Position numbers and translations under genes: made by a program
NCBI RefSeq assembly: GCF_006345805.1
Contig: NC_043003.1
Location: 47,120,001-47,184,000 of the forward strand
Direction: 5' to 3'
DNA: 64,000 nt
From: Octopus sinensis
Lineage: Eukaryota
In this document: positions 62,636-64,000 of the stretch, piece by piece
Numbering within the stretch: position 1 is the first letter of the stretch
How the letters are laid out: each line of letters begins with the position of its first letter
Notes under the pieces: generated by a model
What the model was told of the DNA's origin: nothing
Database searches by the model: none
What the model saw: only the letters and a program-made list of their open reading frames with translations

Positions 62636-64000
62636 GTTTACAACGATTGTTGTAAACAAGTGTCACAGTCATGTAAACTTTTTCGCTTCCAATCTTCCAT
62701 GAAAAAATGTCTAGTCATGGGGGATTAATACCTTACTCGGAAATGGGTAAGGGTTGGTGGCTGGAAGGGAATATGGCTGTGAAAATCCATCTTGACAAAT
62801 TTGATCTGACCCATGCAAGTGTAGAAAAGTGGACATTTAAATGACGAAATGCTTGGTTTTCTTCCCTGGTTCCATGGGTTGGACAGGGACCTGTATGAGG
62901 CAAGATTTTACTGCTGGGTGTTCTTACTGTCATCAGCTTATGTTTTTCAGTCAGTCATGTGAATGAACATTCAGACATGGATATACAACAGAATTTTCAT
63001 GTACCAAATTCACTCCAGGCATTTGTGCAGTACTATAGAAGACACCCAAAAAGTTGTGCAATGTGGTGACCTGAAACCATTTAGCTAAAAGGCAAATTTC
63101 TTAACCATTCAGCTATGCTAGATGTTCCAGTCTTTTTTGTATATCAGGGACTGTTTAGTGTCATCATTTAACATCCACTTTCCATGTTGGCATGGGTTGG
63201 ACAGTTTGACTGAGGACTGGCAAGCTAGAAGGGTGCACCGGGTTCCAGTCTGGTCTGGCATGGTTTCTACAGTAGGATGCCTTTCCTAACGCCAAGAGTG
63301 TAGTGGGTGCTTGGAGAGGCATCAAGCTGTAGAAACCTTGCCAGATCAGATTGAAGCCTAGTACAGTCCTCTGTCTTAATTCAGTGGTGAGATTTGACTT
63401 TTTTTCCAGCAGGTCAGGGCACCTACATAAAGACTTACACTTTGGCCTCTGAGCTGATGTCATATTAACTGTCAGGAAAATTAAAGATTTCACCAGTTTG
63501 TGAAAGCCTACAAATTATGAGCATTGATCCAACTGAATTTTTTTTTAATTACTTGTTTTTTAAAAAGTAGGTACTTCATCATCATCGTTTAACGTCCGCT
63601 TTCCGCGCTAGCACAGGTTGGGTGGTTCGACCGGGGTCTGGGAAGCCAGGGGCTGCACCAGGCTCCAGTCTGATCTGGCAGTGTTTCTACAGCTGGATAC
63701 TCTTCCTAACGCCAACCACTCTGCGAGTGTAGTGGGTGCTTTTTACATGCCAAAAATGAATATTATAAATTACAAAGCAATATTTCCATTTTGGGATGAT
63801 TTATGTTTATCTTAGAGGCAAATCAACCCTCACTGAGCAGAGCTGTGATCAAAATTATTTTTGCCATAACCAACCCATCTTTTTCGAGGTATGTTGGACA
63901 TAATGTTATGATAGCAGATTGAATAACTGTAAAAGCTTCCGCCATTTGCTGCTAATCAGGAATGATTCTGTTTTTGTTCAGTCACATTGGAACAAAGTAA

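Overview
AT-rich, microsatellite-dense eukaryotic DNA. The SINE, MITE and Helitron repertoire points to an octopod cephalopod, probably Octopus (inference from repeat families; no search run). The first ~55 kb is a gene-free stack of transposons: three Gypsy-type LTR retroelements plus a partial fourth and a candidate solo LTR, several mariner, hAT and pogo elements, two Helitrons, LINE 3' fragments, foldback hairpins and dozens of tRNA-derived SINEs. One host gene is recognisable, a three-exon ATF4/CREB2/crc-type bZIP gene on the + strand: TATA/Inr at 56249/56280, exon 1 to 56382, exon 2 60081-60305, exon 3 from 60880, CDS 60152-61826, 366 aa. Its spliced 5' leader reconstructs an integrated-stress-response translational switch that the ORF track cannot show. 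It has a 3-aa uORF1, an intron-split 50-aa uORF2 overlapping the CDS out of frame, and an extra uORF3 whose TAG abuts an in-frame ATG. An exact C/EBP-ATF element sits in the promoter. The other highlight is a young, TSD-flanked non-autonomous LTR element whose 5' LTR is split by a 1966-bp composite Helitron carrying old-looking cargo. SINE boundaries are approximate. No prokaryotic features and no CRISPR array.
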